Below are positions 7,943 through 17,020 of a DNA stretch of 24,043 nucleotides, piece after piece (the first letter of the stretch is position 1; each line of letters opens with the position of its first letter). Both the position numbers and the translations under genes were made by a program. The notes beneath the pieces are model-generated. The model was not told the origin of the DNA. It did no database searches and saw only the letters and a program-made list of their open reading frames with translations. This stretch comes from a virus (Duplodnaviria > Caudoviricetes), in the IMG/VR virus record IMGVR_UViG_3300034355_000015, positions 1 through 24,043 of that record, one strand, 5' to 3'.

Positions 7943-8946
7943 TATGACACCATCCCAAACTTAGTTAGCATTGCTCTACCATAATTCATATAAGTTGCAT
8001 CAGCGTTTTTAGTAAACTGCCATCTTGGGTCTGCTTTAATCATTTTGTCTGCTTCCCATAATGGGCGAGCAACAATTTTACTTGGGTCCTTAGGGTCAAC
8101 AGATTGAAAAATCTTTCCATCTTTAAACAATGGGTCATCCCATTTAATAGTATCAGGGTCAACCTCTAATAATTCTGCAGCCTTCTGGCGGTAGTTAGAA
8201 GTTAAATCCCATAGGGTTACACCTGCATTAATCTGGTCTGCAAAGACACCATACTTAGTAGCAGTGTTCTTACGAATCTCTGCTTTAATGTCATCAACAG
8301 ATGAACGGACACGAACACCGTTTTTGTCTGTAAGACCCATAAGGCGCTGGGTGTAGTTTGTTCTATCACCAGCAGTAAGATTCATACCCATTGTTTGTGC
8401 CCAGTCTGCAACATCTTGAGTCTGTGCTGAGTAAAGCCCACCTTTAATCTTCTTAACAATTTCAGTGTTACTTGTAATAACACCTTCAAGTTGTGAAGGA
8501 GTCCAGTTGTGAAGGTATGCGTTTTCACCTAAGGCTGCTAGGTAATTAGACACCATTGGGTCAGTTGCATCTAAGCCAAGGTCTGTAGCAGTCTTTGAAA
8601 CTATCTGGCGGTATTCATTAACACCTTCACGGTATGCGTTCTCGCCACCTTTGATACGGTCAATAAGTTTTTGAGCCACTGTTGGTCCGTTTAAACGATA
8701 CCACTCAGTGTCATTAATCATTGTTGCAATAGTTGCAGCATCATATTTAAATGAGCCGTCAGAGTTGCGAACCTTTTGGTATACAGCATTAAGTTCAGGA
8801 ATAGTTGTTAATGCAGTAATAATCCAAGTTGCCATAGGAGGGGCATCTGTCTCTACAAGACCAGACTTGTATTTCTTGCCACCAAATTCACCAGTAAATG
8901 GCTTGCCGTCTTTGTAAAGGATACCGCCAATAGATTCCATTGCCAT
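7942..8946 (-). CDS. Putative internal virion/ejection protein (334 aa)
   Basis: TAATG-coupled to neighbours and predicted helical; function inferred from context only. Confidence 0.6.
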   Translation of the reverse strand: MAMESIGGILYKDGKPFTGEFGGKKYKSGLVETDAPPMATWIITALTTIPELNAVYQKVRNSDGSFKYDAATIATMINDTEWYRLNGPTVAQKLIDRIKGGENAYREGVNEYRQIVSKTATDLGLDATDPMVSNYLAALGENAYLHNWTPSQLEGVITSNTEIVKKIKGGLYSAQTQDVADWAQTMGMNLTAGDRTNYTQRLMGLTDKNGVRVRSSVDDIKAEIRKNTATKYGVFADQINAGVTLWDLTSNYRQKAAELLEVDPDTIKWDDPLFKDGKIFQSVDPKDPSKIVARPLWEADKMIKADPRWQFTKNADATYMNYGRAMLTKFGMVS

Positions 8947-10193
8947 TACGATTTAAGTCCTAACGCTTTGACCAGAGCATTACCAAACACATCTGCTGTT
9001 TGATACTCTGCGTATCGTGGGTCTTGCTTTGCATAAGCCTCGGCATCTGCTAGAACATCTGACTGACCATAACCTTGAACTGTTTTAACTCTAGTAGTGT
9101 TGCCAGTAGTTGTGCGAACTGATTTAGTAGGGCTTTTTGCTTCTTTCTTGCGAACATCTTTAATAAACTTATTAATTGTTTCATCATCAATGTTTGCTAG
9201 ACCAAGAGATGCACCTAGTTGGCGCTTAAGTATCGTTGTAATATCAGCCTTAGCCATAGGGCTATCATCAATAGTAGTAGTAGTTTGGCTACCGCTGCCT
9301 GTTAATCCTTTTTGAATATCAAGTAGTTGCCATGGGCTAACCTTGTTACCAGCACGAGAGTAATCTAATGATAACTGTCCGTATTTATCCCATGCAGCCT
9401 TAACTTGAGTTAGGTCAGCAGTTGGGTCAAGAACTCCAGCGCTAACAAACTTTTGTTTAGCAGCACCAATGCCTGCTGCATCTACTGGGAAACTTTTGTT
9501 CCACTCTGAAAGGCTAACAATTTCTGACTTGCTGCCAGTAATTGTTCCACCAAATTTACGGCGGGGTGTTGAAGTTGGTGTTTCTTTTCCAGTAAAGATA
9601 CCAATACCGTTTAAACCAGTTAGTGGATTTACATACCCTCTGGCTGACATAAAATCTGAAATGTTATTTGCACCTATGCCAAGTTGTTGGGCTGTAGTTC
9701 CTTGTAGGAATTGTGTAACATCTACCCCTTGGGCATCAGCATTGGCAATGGCTTGAGCAAATGAATCTTGAGCCTGTAGTTCAGCAGCAGAGGCATTAGG
9801 GTCTATTGCTGTGTTGCCTGACTGAATCATATTGTATGTGCCAACCGCTGCCGATGCGCCAACAAGACCTGCAACTCTTTTTTTAGTTACAATTTTTTTC
9901 TTACCCGCTTTTGCAGTTTCTTCTGCAACCTTGGTTGCGGTCTTTTTAGCAAAAATAGATTTGGTTAAATCTGCAACTGTTTTACCACCCTTAACAACCG
10001 CTGGGGCAACTTTAAGAATATCTTTTGGTGAAAAAACTGCACCAGATAAAACTTTTGGTGGTTGTTTAACACGGTTCTTATATGTTGCAACAGTGTCATT
10101 ATCTTCTACAAAACCAATAGCAACAGAAAGGTCCATGCCTTCAATACCTGGGAACGCTGCTTTTACTAATGCTTCTTTTTCTTTATTAGTCAT
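8946..10193 (-). CDS. Putative internal virion/ejection protein (415 aa)
   Basis: Coupled ORF with a basic patch followed by a Gly/Ala hydrophobic segment (RVAGLVGASAAVG); function inferred from context only. Confidence 0.6.
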   Translation of the reverse strand: MTNKEKEALVKAAFPGIEGMDLSVAIGFVEDNDTVATYKNRVKQPPKVLSGAVFSPKDILKVAPAVVKGGKTVADLTKSIFAKKTATKVAEETAKAGKKKIVTKKRVAGLVGASAAVGTYNMIQSGNTAIDPNASAAELQAQDSFAQAIANADAQGVDVTQFLQGTTAQQLGIGANNISDFMSARGYVNPLTGLNGIGIFTGKETPTSTPRRKFGGTITGSKSEIVSLSEWNKSFPVDAAGIGAAKQKFVSAGVLDPTADLTQVKAAWDKYGQLSLDYSRAGNKVSPWQLLDIQKGLTGSGSQTTTTIDDSPMAKADITTILKRQLGASLGLANIDDETINKFIKDVRKKEAKSPTKSVRTTTGNTTRVKTVQGYGQSDVLADAEAYAKQDPRYAEYQTADVFGNALVKALGLKS

Positions 10194-10197
10194 AGTC

Positions 10198-13100
10198 CTA
10201 TCCCAATGTTACTGGGTCGTTTTGAAGAAAGCGGTTATAGAAACTGCTGAACTCTAACGACTCCTGCTTAAGTGTTGCAATTGTTTGATTCCACAAACCC
10301 TCAAGGTCTGCATTGTCTGCTGCTGTTAATGTGCCACTTGCACCACTTGCTTTACGGTTTGCAAGTTCTCTTGCAATTTGTGTGCGAGTTACATAGTAGG
10401 TTGCGATGGCTCCAACAACTGGTTTATTACCGTTATCTTGCATCCATTGTGGGTCACGAAGAATCGTGTTAATGGTTTGCATACGGTAAATCCATTTGCC
10501 TTTGTCAACGCTATAGAAGTCAGCAGCCCAGTCTTTATTGTTAGTTGCTAACTGCTGTGTATACGCTTGCTTAGCAAGATTAAGTTCTTCGGCACCACGC
10601 TCTGAATATGAGGTGTAGCCTTGTGCAAATAGTTGCTGGTCAAGGAAGTCCATAGCCTTACGGTAATCAATCCAACCCATTTTCTTTTGAGCATCTTGCT
10701 TAAGAAGTGAAGGGTCACGCTGACCACGGAAGTTTGTGGTTGAGCCAGGAACTGGAGAGTTACGCATCTGCCATCGGTAGGCTGCTTGGCTAAAGTCATA
10801 CTTACCATCTGGGTCGTTGACTAGGAAGCCAATCATCTCAGGTGTAGTGCTACCAATTTTAGATATTAAACCATTATACTTTTTAAGATTAGCAACTGCA
10901 GCCTGTGTAGCATCAACTCCAGTGTTGTTAAGTGATGCTGAGATTGTAGCCTCACCCATTTCTGGATACATTTGCAAGAACAAAGCATCTGCTTGAGAAC
11001 CGTAAGTCTGTTGTAGTTTACGGTATTGCTGTGTATACCAACCTAGTGGTGAGTCATACTGTGCAGCAAATGGAAGCACAAGGTTAGACAAAGCCTTAAC
11101 CTTATACATGTTATTTGTAAGGTCATTAATTTCTTTAAATGTAGGTTCAGTATCACGGTCGCCTAGGCGATACTTGATTAGTTCATAACGGTAAACGGTA
11201 TTAAATGTTCTTGACCATGAACCATCACGAGTTCCTGACCACAACTGTGCAGCCTTCTGCAATGCAGGTGGTAACAATGTTTTAATTGGAGATTCTGCTG
11301 CTCCAAATGGAATAACCTGCTTAAGGATTCCTTCCAAGTCAGGGCGCAAAATTTCTAAATACTGAGCAGGGATAGCAACTACTGGACCAAATCCAGGATG
11401 CACTTCACCTTGGAACATAACATCAAGTGAGCGAATAGGAATACTTACTTGGCTTCCAGCACTACGAATAGCAGCAGCCAAACCTTTACCGCCAGGAACT
11501 GCCTCCATTGTTTTCATAAAGGTTTCTGGCATAGGCAAAACTAATCTACTATCGTAACTAAATTCTTTTGATGGGTTACCATCTTTGTCAACATAGTTGT
11601 TCTGATTGCTAAGAGAAGAAGTAATCTGACCAGCCCTTGCAATTGCTGCTGGGTTTTCTTTTGCAAGAGTAGTCCAACGGCGCATGGTATTTTCCCAAGC
11701 GTTAAAGAACGGCATAAGATAACGCATCTTTTCACCAGCGTATGACTTACGCATGATTGTAAATAGAGTCTTGTTAACTTCTCTACGAGCGCCCTCTACT
11801 GCATCTTTGCGTAGTGCATTAATTTCATCAAGGGTAAGTTCAGCCTTAGGGTCATTAAGTTGTGAGCGCTTAAGTGAAAGAGCAATGTCTCCACGCTGTC
11901 TCATCTCTGCACGATATACAGCACGAGCCAATGGGTGACGGGCAAGTGTTGTTTCAGGCAAAGAACCTAGGAAGTAGAAAGCCTTTTGAACAAAAGCCTG
12001 TGCTGCTCCTGGTGCACCTTGGATTCCAGGCGCTTGAGGAATTACGCTACCAATAATGTCTGGCATTGCTGGTTGGTCTGCAAAGTGTGTGCGAAGATAC
12101 ATTTCATCAATAAGGTTATTTCTAAATGCTTCTTGAATTTCAACATCTGGAAGCATACGGGCATAAGCAGAATACAAGTTTCCTACAAAGTCCTCTGCAT
12201 CTGTGCCTACATTAAGGCGCTCGCTTGGAACCTTGAAAGCCCTATCATCAATACTCATCTTAGTTGAATACGCTTTACCTTCATCAGTTTTGCGTAGCCA
12301 TCTAACAACTTGTTCTGGAGTTTCGTTGTCTAAAAACTTTTGGATAATTGGGTCAATCTTGTTTTCGTTTGGTGAACGCCATAGGTTATTAAGATAGTTG
12401 GCATAACCAGTAAAGTATCGTGGGTCGTTAGGTGACAAACGGATTTCTTCCATACCACCATAACGAGCAGTAAATAATTGAGATGGAGCATCTGCCATTA
12501 ACCTATAGGTGTCAGCGTTGTCTGTGCGCTGCATGAGAATATCTCCCAATTCACCTGCTGCAGCATCTGGGTGTTCAATCACAGTTCCATCATAAAGTTT
12601 TTGAGTATATGTTCCAGTGCCAATACGCTTCTTTGGTGCGTTTAAACGACTTTCTTCTACAATGCGAGCATCAAGTCGTTGCATAAGATTTTCGTGCTTT
12701 GCTTTAGTTAGTGCGCCTCTATCGGCTAATTCACGAACAAGGTTAACTATGCCATCGGCTGGGTATTTACCGTCTGCGATGAGGTCTGCGAGTTCGCTAG
12801 TGCTCTGGCTATAACTTGGTCTGCTAAATCCTCTGCGAACGCTCTGCGCTCCGCTGGTGACATCTCCTGCACTGGCTTTTCTGACTTGACCCAATGCAAA
12901 CCCTGCGCTTGCTCCTTCATCGCCTGTTCCTCCTGTGTTAATAAAGGCATTGTCCATATCGCCTTGTGCAATTCTATCAAGGTCTGCCACTGCTTGTTGG
13001 TTACGAGAGGTGCCAGTCTTAACTGCTTTGGCACGGTCTTTAATAACATTAACAGGCTCAGCCCAAATGGTTAGAACGCCATTGTCATTAGGTGCAATCC

Positions 13101-16100
13101 ATGTTCCAAAGTGGTCAGCGCCTTCAAATTTATTTAGGTTATCTTCAATGTGCTGAATCAATGACTCACGAGCAGCAGCAGAATCAGCAATGGCATCATC
13201 TAGTGGTAGTTGCCAAGTGGCACCACGAACGGCTACTGAATAACCAGCAACGGGCACGGCTCCTGTTTGAAGTCCAAATGTTCCACCTTGGTTGTCAATG
13301 GTAGAACGCAATATGTCCATAATACGAGACTCGTTCTTGCGAAGCGCCTCAGTGTTACGGATAGTTTCAATGCGTTTACGAGCAAGGTCTGCTGCTGGGT
13401 CTTGTGTAGCAGTTTGAACCATTTTAGGGTCTACAAGAACTGTTGCACGACCATTAGCCTTGGTATCGGGAAGTGTTAATTTACCTACGCCATTGGCACG
13501 CATCCACTCAAGAAGTTCTTTTTCTTTACCCTTCCATGAGTCTGGCTTACGAATATCAAGTCCAAGTGCTTTAAGTTCTGGGTAATCGTTTAAACCTAAA
13601 CGAACTCGTGAACCACTAAATGTGCGTAGGTCAACAGGTGTGCCGTATACCCTAGAGGTAACAACCTGTCCTTGATTACCTGGCTTAACAATACGGAATT
13701 GTCCTTCAAGTAACATCTTTTGAGAAACTGTATCTGGGTCAATTGCACGCCATGTGCCACTAGGTATGCTAAGTAATTCAACTCTATTGCCTTTGGCAAT
13801 ACTGTTACGGAAACCATCACGCATATCTGAGGCAATAGTCTGCATAGCCTTTGATGGCTTGCGAACGCCACCTTCTCTAATAAGTTCGCCTTCACGATTG
13901 CGAAGGTTCTTAGGCATAGAGTATGCACGACCAGTAATGCGCTTGTAAATAGTAGATGCTGAAATAACCTTTATGCCTGCTTCGGCATACTGGTTTGCTA
14001 TATCATCAGAATAAGTCATCGCCAATGGGCGGTTAGGATTTAAAGAAGTAAGTCTTGATGGAGAACCATGGTGCAAAATCTCGCCTGAACGATAAGAAGA
14101 AATCTCAAGAAACTCAATAGCCTGTTCTTGTGTTAACTTACCCCGTTTAAACGCAAGTTCAACGGCTTCCATCTGAGAATCAATTTCTTGATTAAGGCTG
14201 TTAATTTGAGCACGCTCTGATTGAACTCTTGTCATTTCATTACGGAGTGCTACTGAATCTTCACGCACACCTTTTTTAACAAGGTTCTTATCTGTAAGTC
14301 TTTCGATGCCAATGATGCGGTTGTCATACCAATTCTTTATGCTTTCCTTGTTTACATCAGCAGCAGCAACAAGTCCATATCCTTTTGCAAGAATAGATGC
14401 AGTTGCTTCGGCAGTGTTACGCACTGTGTAACCAAGGCGTAAAAGAACAGAAGCCTTCCACACATCGTTAAGTAAGCCCATAACATAACGGTTAACATCT
14501 GGGTCAACAATGCCTTGGCTGCCTTCAATTGCCTGAATTAAACCTTTGTTCTCTGTAAGAACACGGGCATAGTTTTCAAGGTCAACCATTGGCTTAGCGT
14601 TAATACCTTGGCGCTCAGCATAAGGAATCTTAAGAATAACATCATCATTAGTCATTAAATACTTACGGTCACGAAGTGAATCTAATGCAACTTTACGGCG
14701 ACCTTTATAGGCGTTCCAAATAATAGCAGCGGTTTCATCTGAAATACCTAAGGCTTTGTTAACTTGTAAAACAGCCAAATCCTCAAAAGATTCTGCTACA
14801 AGACCACGAGCCTCAGGAATATCTCCTGCTTTAATAAACAAATCATAGTGTTCAGCAATACTTACATTTGCTGAGTCGCCAACAATCCTACGCAACATGC
14901 CACCAAATGCTTTGATTTCATTAAATGAATCTGAATCATTGTTATTAAACCAACCAGCAGGGCGCTCGCCTGCCCATCGTTCAGCAAAGTTAACTACTGC
15001 AACCATTGGGTGATACTTAGTTGGTTGAAAAATTCCGATAGTTGGGTATGCAGTTGGGGAAGGTTGTTCTCCCAAAGCACGGGCTGTCTTACGCTCAGCC
15101 TCACGGATTGCACCCTTTTGAGCCATAGATGCACCAAAGGTTCGCTTAGTTAAGTCAGCACCCTTTAAGGTTAATTTATTTAAATACTGAATATATGGGT
15201 CTTGGTCAGCAAGTTTAACTAAAGCATCTGCTGCATCAAGTATGTTTGCATCTTCAACAATACCATTGGTTGGTATGTTATCAGCAATCTGTTTATCTAC
15301 TTGAGATACTGGCTTTAATTTATCCATTACAAATGCTAAGTCTTTACGCTTATCAACAAGACGAACCATTGCTTCTGTATCTTTATTTGAAATAGCAAGC
15401 AATGTATCTGCAACATCATCTACAGTTTTTGCTTCACCAAGCAAATATGACATTGTATCTGCATCGTTAGATGCAGCAATCATTGGGTGATTACGAATAG
15501 TTTTTGAGTTATTAGCAGCAAACCACTCAAGAGTGTTGTTTAAACCGCCTTGAATATCTCGACCTTCGTTAATCTTTGCAGCCAAAGTTTGAGGAGAGAT
15601 AATTGTTACGCCTCTTATAGCCTTTGGTAGGAATAAATCTTTAGTTAATTGTGCTGCATTTGCATCTACGGCACCCATTGGTTGTGTAACTAAGGCTTTA
15701 CGAGCAAGACCAGCAGCCTTACCTATCTTGCCAAGTGGGTCAGTTACTGTAGTAAAGAAGGTGTCATAGGCACCTGATATGGTGCGATAACGCCAGTTAG
15801 TATCAAAGATTTCACGGTCATTAGCATCGAAGATATTGAAATCGCCACGAAGTTCAGTAGCAGTTAAGTCAAAGCGTGATTGCATATAAGCAATTGCTTG
15901 TCCTGCTGAAATTTCACTGCGTTGTTTATACGCTTCTTGGAAGTCACCTGTAGCAAGACCAGTAATAGCCGCTGATAAAGGCTCACGAACAACCTTACCA
16001 CCAGCCTCATAAGATGCTTGAAAGAGTGGAAGAACTGCCTTACCTAATACAGCACCGCCTACTTTACGAGGTATATATGTTGCACCTGCAGTAGTTGCTT

Positions 16101-16260
16101 TAAATGTATTTCCAAGTAATTGGAAGGCATCGCCTGCCCAATTCTTGTCATTAGTGGTAACGGAGGCAAGGTCAGACATTGCTGTAGCCCAGCCAATATC
16201 ATTACCAAAGTCTTTTACTGACTTCTCTGCCCAATCACCAATGTTTTTTATCCAACTCAT
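10198..16260 (-). CDS. Giant internal virion (ejection) protein with polyvalent-type domain inserts (2020 aa)
   Basis: Size and position, plus WKASVLLRLGYTVRN and MRYLMPFFNAWEN motifs typical of large podovirus internal proteins; ART-like HHGSP motif in the middle. Confidence 0.75.
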   Translation of the reverse strand: MSWIKNIGDWAEKSVKDFGNDIGWATAMSDLASVTTNDKNWAGDAFQLLGNTFKATTAGATYIPRKVGGAVLGKAVLPLFQASYEAGGKVVREPLSAAITGLATGDFQEAYKQRSEISAGQAIAYMQSRFDLTATELRGDFNIFDANDREIFDTNWRYRTISGAYDTFFTTVTDPLGKIGKAAGLARKALVTQPMGAVDANAAQLTKDLFLPKAIRGVTIISPQTLAAKINEGRDIQGGLNNTLEWFAANNSKTIRNHPMIAASNDADTMSYLLGEAKTVDDVADTLLAISNKDTEAMVRLVDKRKDLAFVMDKLKPVSQVDKQIADNIPTNGIVEDANILDAADALVKLADQDPYIQYLNKLTLKGADLTKRTFGASMAQKGAIREAERKTARALGEQPSPTAYPTIGIFQPTKYHPMVAVVNFAERWAGERPAGWFNNNDSDSFNEIKAFGGMLRRIVGDSANVSIAEHYDLFIKAGDIPEARGLVAESFEDLAVLQVNKALGISDETAAIIWNAYKGRRKVALDSLRDRKYLMTNDDVILKIPYAERQGINAKPMVDLENYARVLTENKGLIQAIEGSQGIVDPDVNRYVMGLLNDVWKASVLLRLGYTVRNTAEATASILAKGYGLVAAADVNKESIKNWYDNRIIGIERLTDKNLVKKGVREDSVALRNEMTRVQSERAQINSLNQEIDSQMEAVELAFKRGKLTQEQAIEFLEISSYRSGEILHHGSPSRLTSLNPNRPLAMTYSDDIANQYAEAGIKVISASTIYKRITGRAYSMPKNLRNREGELIREGGVRKPSKAMQTIASDMRDGFRNSIAKGNRVELLSIPSGTWRAIDPDTVSQKMLLEGQFRIVKPGNQGQVVTSRVYGTPVDLRTFSGSRVRLGLNDYPELKALGLDIRKPDSWKGKEKELLEWMRANGVGKLTLPDTKANGRATVLVDPKMVQTATQDPAADLARKRIETIRNTEALRKNESRIMDILRSTIDNQGGTFGLQTGAVPVAGYSVAVRGATWQLPLDDAIADSAAARESLIQHIEDNLNKFEGADHFGTWIAPNDNGVLTIWAEPVNVIKDRAKAVKTGTSRNQQAVADLDRIAQGDMDNAFINTGGTGDEGASAGFALGQVRKASAGDVTSGAQSVRRGFSRPSYSQSTSELADLIADGKYPADGIVNLVRELADRGALTKAKHENLMQRLDARIVEESRLNAPKKRIGTGTYTQKLYDGTVIEHPDAAAGELGDILMQRTDNADTYRLMADAPSQLFTARYGGMEEIRLSPNDPRYFTGYANYLNNLWRSPNENKIDPIIQKFLDNETPEQVVRWLRKTDEGKAYSTKMSIDDRAFKVPSERLNVGTDAEDFVGNLYSAYARMLPDVEIQEAFRNNLIDEMYLRTHFADQPAMPDIIGSVIPQAPGIQGAPGAAQAFVQKAFYFLGSLPETTLARHPLARAVYRAEMRQRGDIALSLKRSQLNDPKAELTLDEINALRKDAVEGARREVNKTLFTIMRKSYAGEKMRYLMPFFNAWENTMRRWTTLAKENPAAIARAGQITSSLSNQNNYVDKDGNPSKEFSYDSRLVLPMPETFMKTMEAVPGGKGLAAAIRSAGSQVSIPIRSLDVMFQGEVHPGFGPVVAIPAQYLEILRPDLEGILKQVIPFGAAESPIKTLLPPALQKAAQLWSGTRDGSWSRTFNTVYRYELIKYRLGDRDTEPTFKEINDLTNNMYKVKALSNLVLPFAAQYDSPLGWYTQQYRKLQQTYGSQADALFLQMYPEMGEATISASLNNTGVDATQAAVANLKKYNGLISKIGSTTPEMIGFLVNDPDGKYDFSQAAYRWQMRNSPVPGSTTNFRGQRDPSLLKQDAQKKMGWIDYRKAMDFLDQQLFAQGYTSYSERGAEELNLAKQAYTQQLATNNKDWAADFYSVDKGKWIYRMQTINTILRDPQWMQDNGNKPVVGAIATYYVTRTQIARELANRKASGASGTLTAADNADLEGLWNQTIATLKQESLEFSSFYNRFLQNDPVTLG

Positions 16261-16733
16261 TAAAGAACACTCCGCAAGTAACGAACATAATTGCGAAAGG
16301 CGTTAGATGCGGATGGGGATTCAGCAAGAATAGCAAGTGTTGGCAACGCATCAACCATGCGCTGACGGTCCTCTGTATTTAAAGTTGATTCATTAGAATA
16401 CATAACTTCGCTACCTGCGCCCTCAGTTCCCATATTAATACCAGTAGTTAATGGTTCATCTGGGCGGTCTGTTGGTGCATCTAAAGGTCTTAATTGTTGA
16501 CCTATTGGTGCTCTTTGTGGGCGACCTTGTGATGGAGATGAAGGCATAGTAGGAGATGCGTTCATTGCTGCTGATGTTTGTAATTCCATCATTGCTTGGT
16601 TATCACCATATTCGCCACCAGTCATAGCCTGTGCGCCTTGGGTGCCTGCATTTCCACTACCGCCAGTTGCTGAAACAGCATAGTTATTCTGTGAAGCAGT
16701 TGGGCGAAATCCGCCACGGTTTTCTACCGCCAT
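16260..16733 (-). CDS. Gly/Pro/Gln-rich hypothetical virion-module protein (about 157 aa)
   Basis: RBS GAAAGGAG spacing favours the ATG at 16733 over 16739; stop overlaps the start of the giant gene. Confidence 0.8.
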   Translation of the reverse strand: MAVENRGGFRPTASQNNYAVSATGGSGNAGTQGAQAMTGGEYGDNQAMMELQTSAAMNASPTMPSSPSQGRPQRAPIGQQLRPLDAPTDRPDEPLTTGINMGTEGAGSEVMYSNESTLNTEDRQRMVDALPTLAILAESPSASNAFRNYVRYLRSVL

Positions 16734-16773
16734 GTGCATCTCCTTTCCATTTAAGGTCAGTGTTTAAAATTAG

Positions 16774-16803
16774 TGAGCAGTTTTTAAACTTACTCAGGTT
16801 TAA
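16774..16803 (-). ncRNA. Candidate small H-type pseudoknot RNA element
   Basis: TTAAAC-CTGAGTAA-GTTTAA stem-loop, then AAAC, then TGCTCA, which is complementary to loop TGAGTA (one G-U pair). Confidence 0.5.
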
Positions 16804-16806
16804 GGC

Positions 16807-17004
16807 TTACTTTGAGCCGTGTGTTCCTGATGGTTGTGCTGTAAACATTGTGACGGATGCGCCAGGCTTAGAAGCCTTTGGCATACCATCGTAGCGTGGT
16901 TGCTGTGTAACGCCCTTTGAGTCTCCTGCACTACCCTGATTAGCAGGTTTTGATGCCTTACCAGGTTGGTTATTTGGATACTTTGCTGTGCTTGTATTCG
17001 CCAT
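16807..17004 (-). CDS. Small low-complexity protein (65 aa, MANTSTAKYPNNQPGK...)
   Basis: Strong RBS GGGAGGAGGG before ATG 17004; the longer start in the ORF track overlaps the portal gene. Confidence 0.75.
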   Translation of the reverse strand: MANTSTAKYPNNQPGKASKPANQGSAGDSKGVTQQPRYDGMPKASKPGASVTMFTAQPSGTHGSK

Positions 17005-17020
17005 GGTTTCCCTCCTCCCG

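Noticed and set aside
7548-7964. Plus-strand ORFs with (GV)n or (CWSR)n repeats
   Set aside because: Antisense reading of the (TP)13 linker.
10198-16260. N4-type virion RNA polymerase
   Set aside because: No recognisable single-subunit RNAP motifs and much shorter; an N4-gp56-like capsid does not imply a vRNAP.
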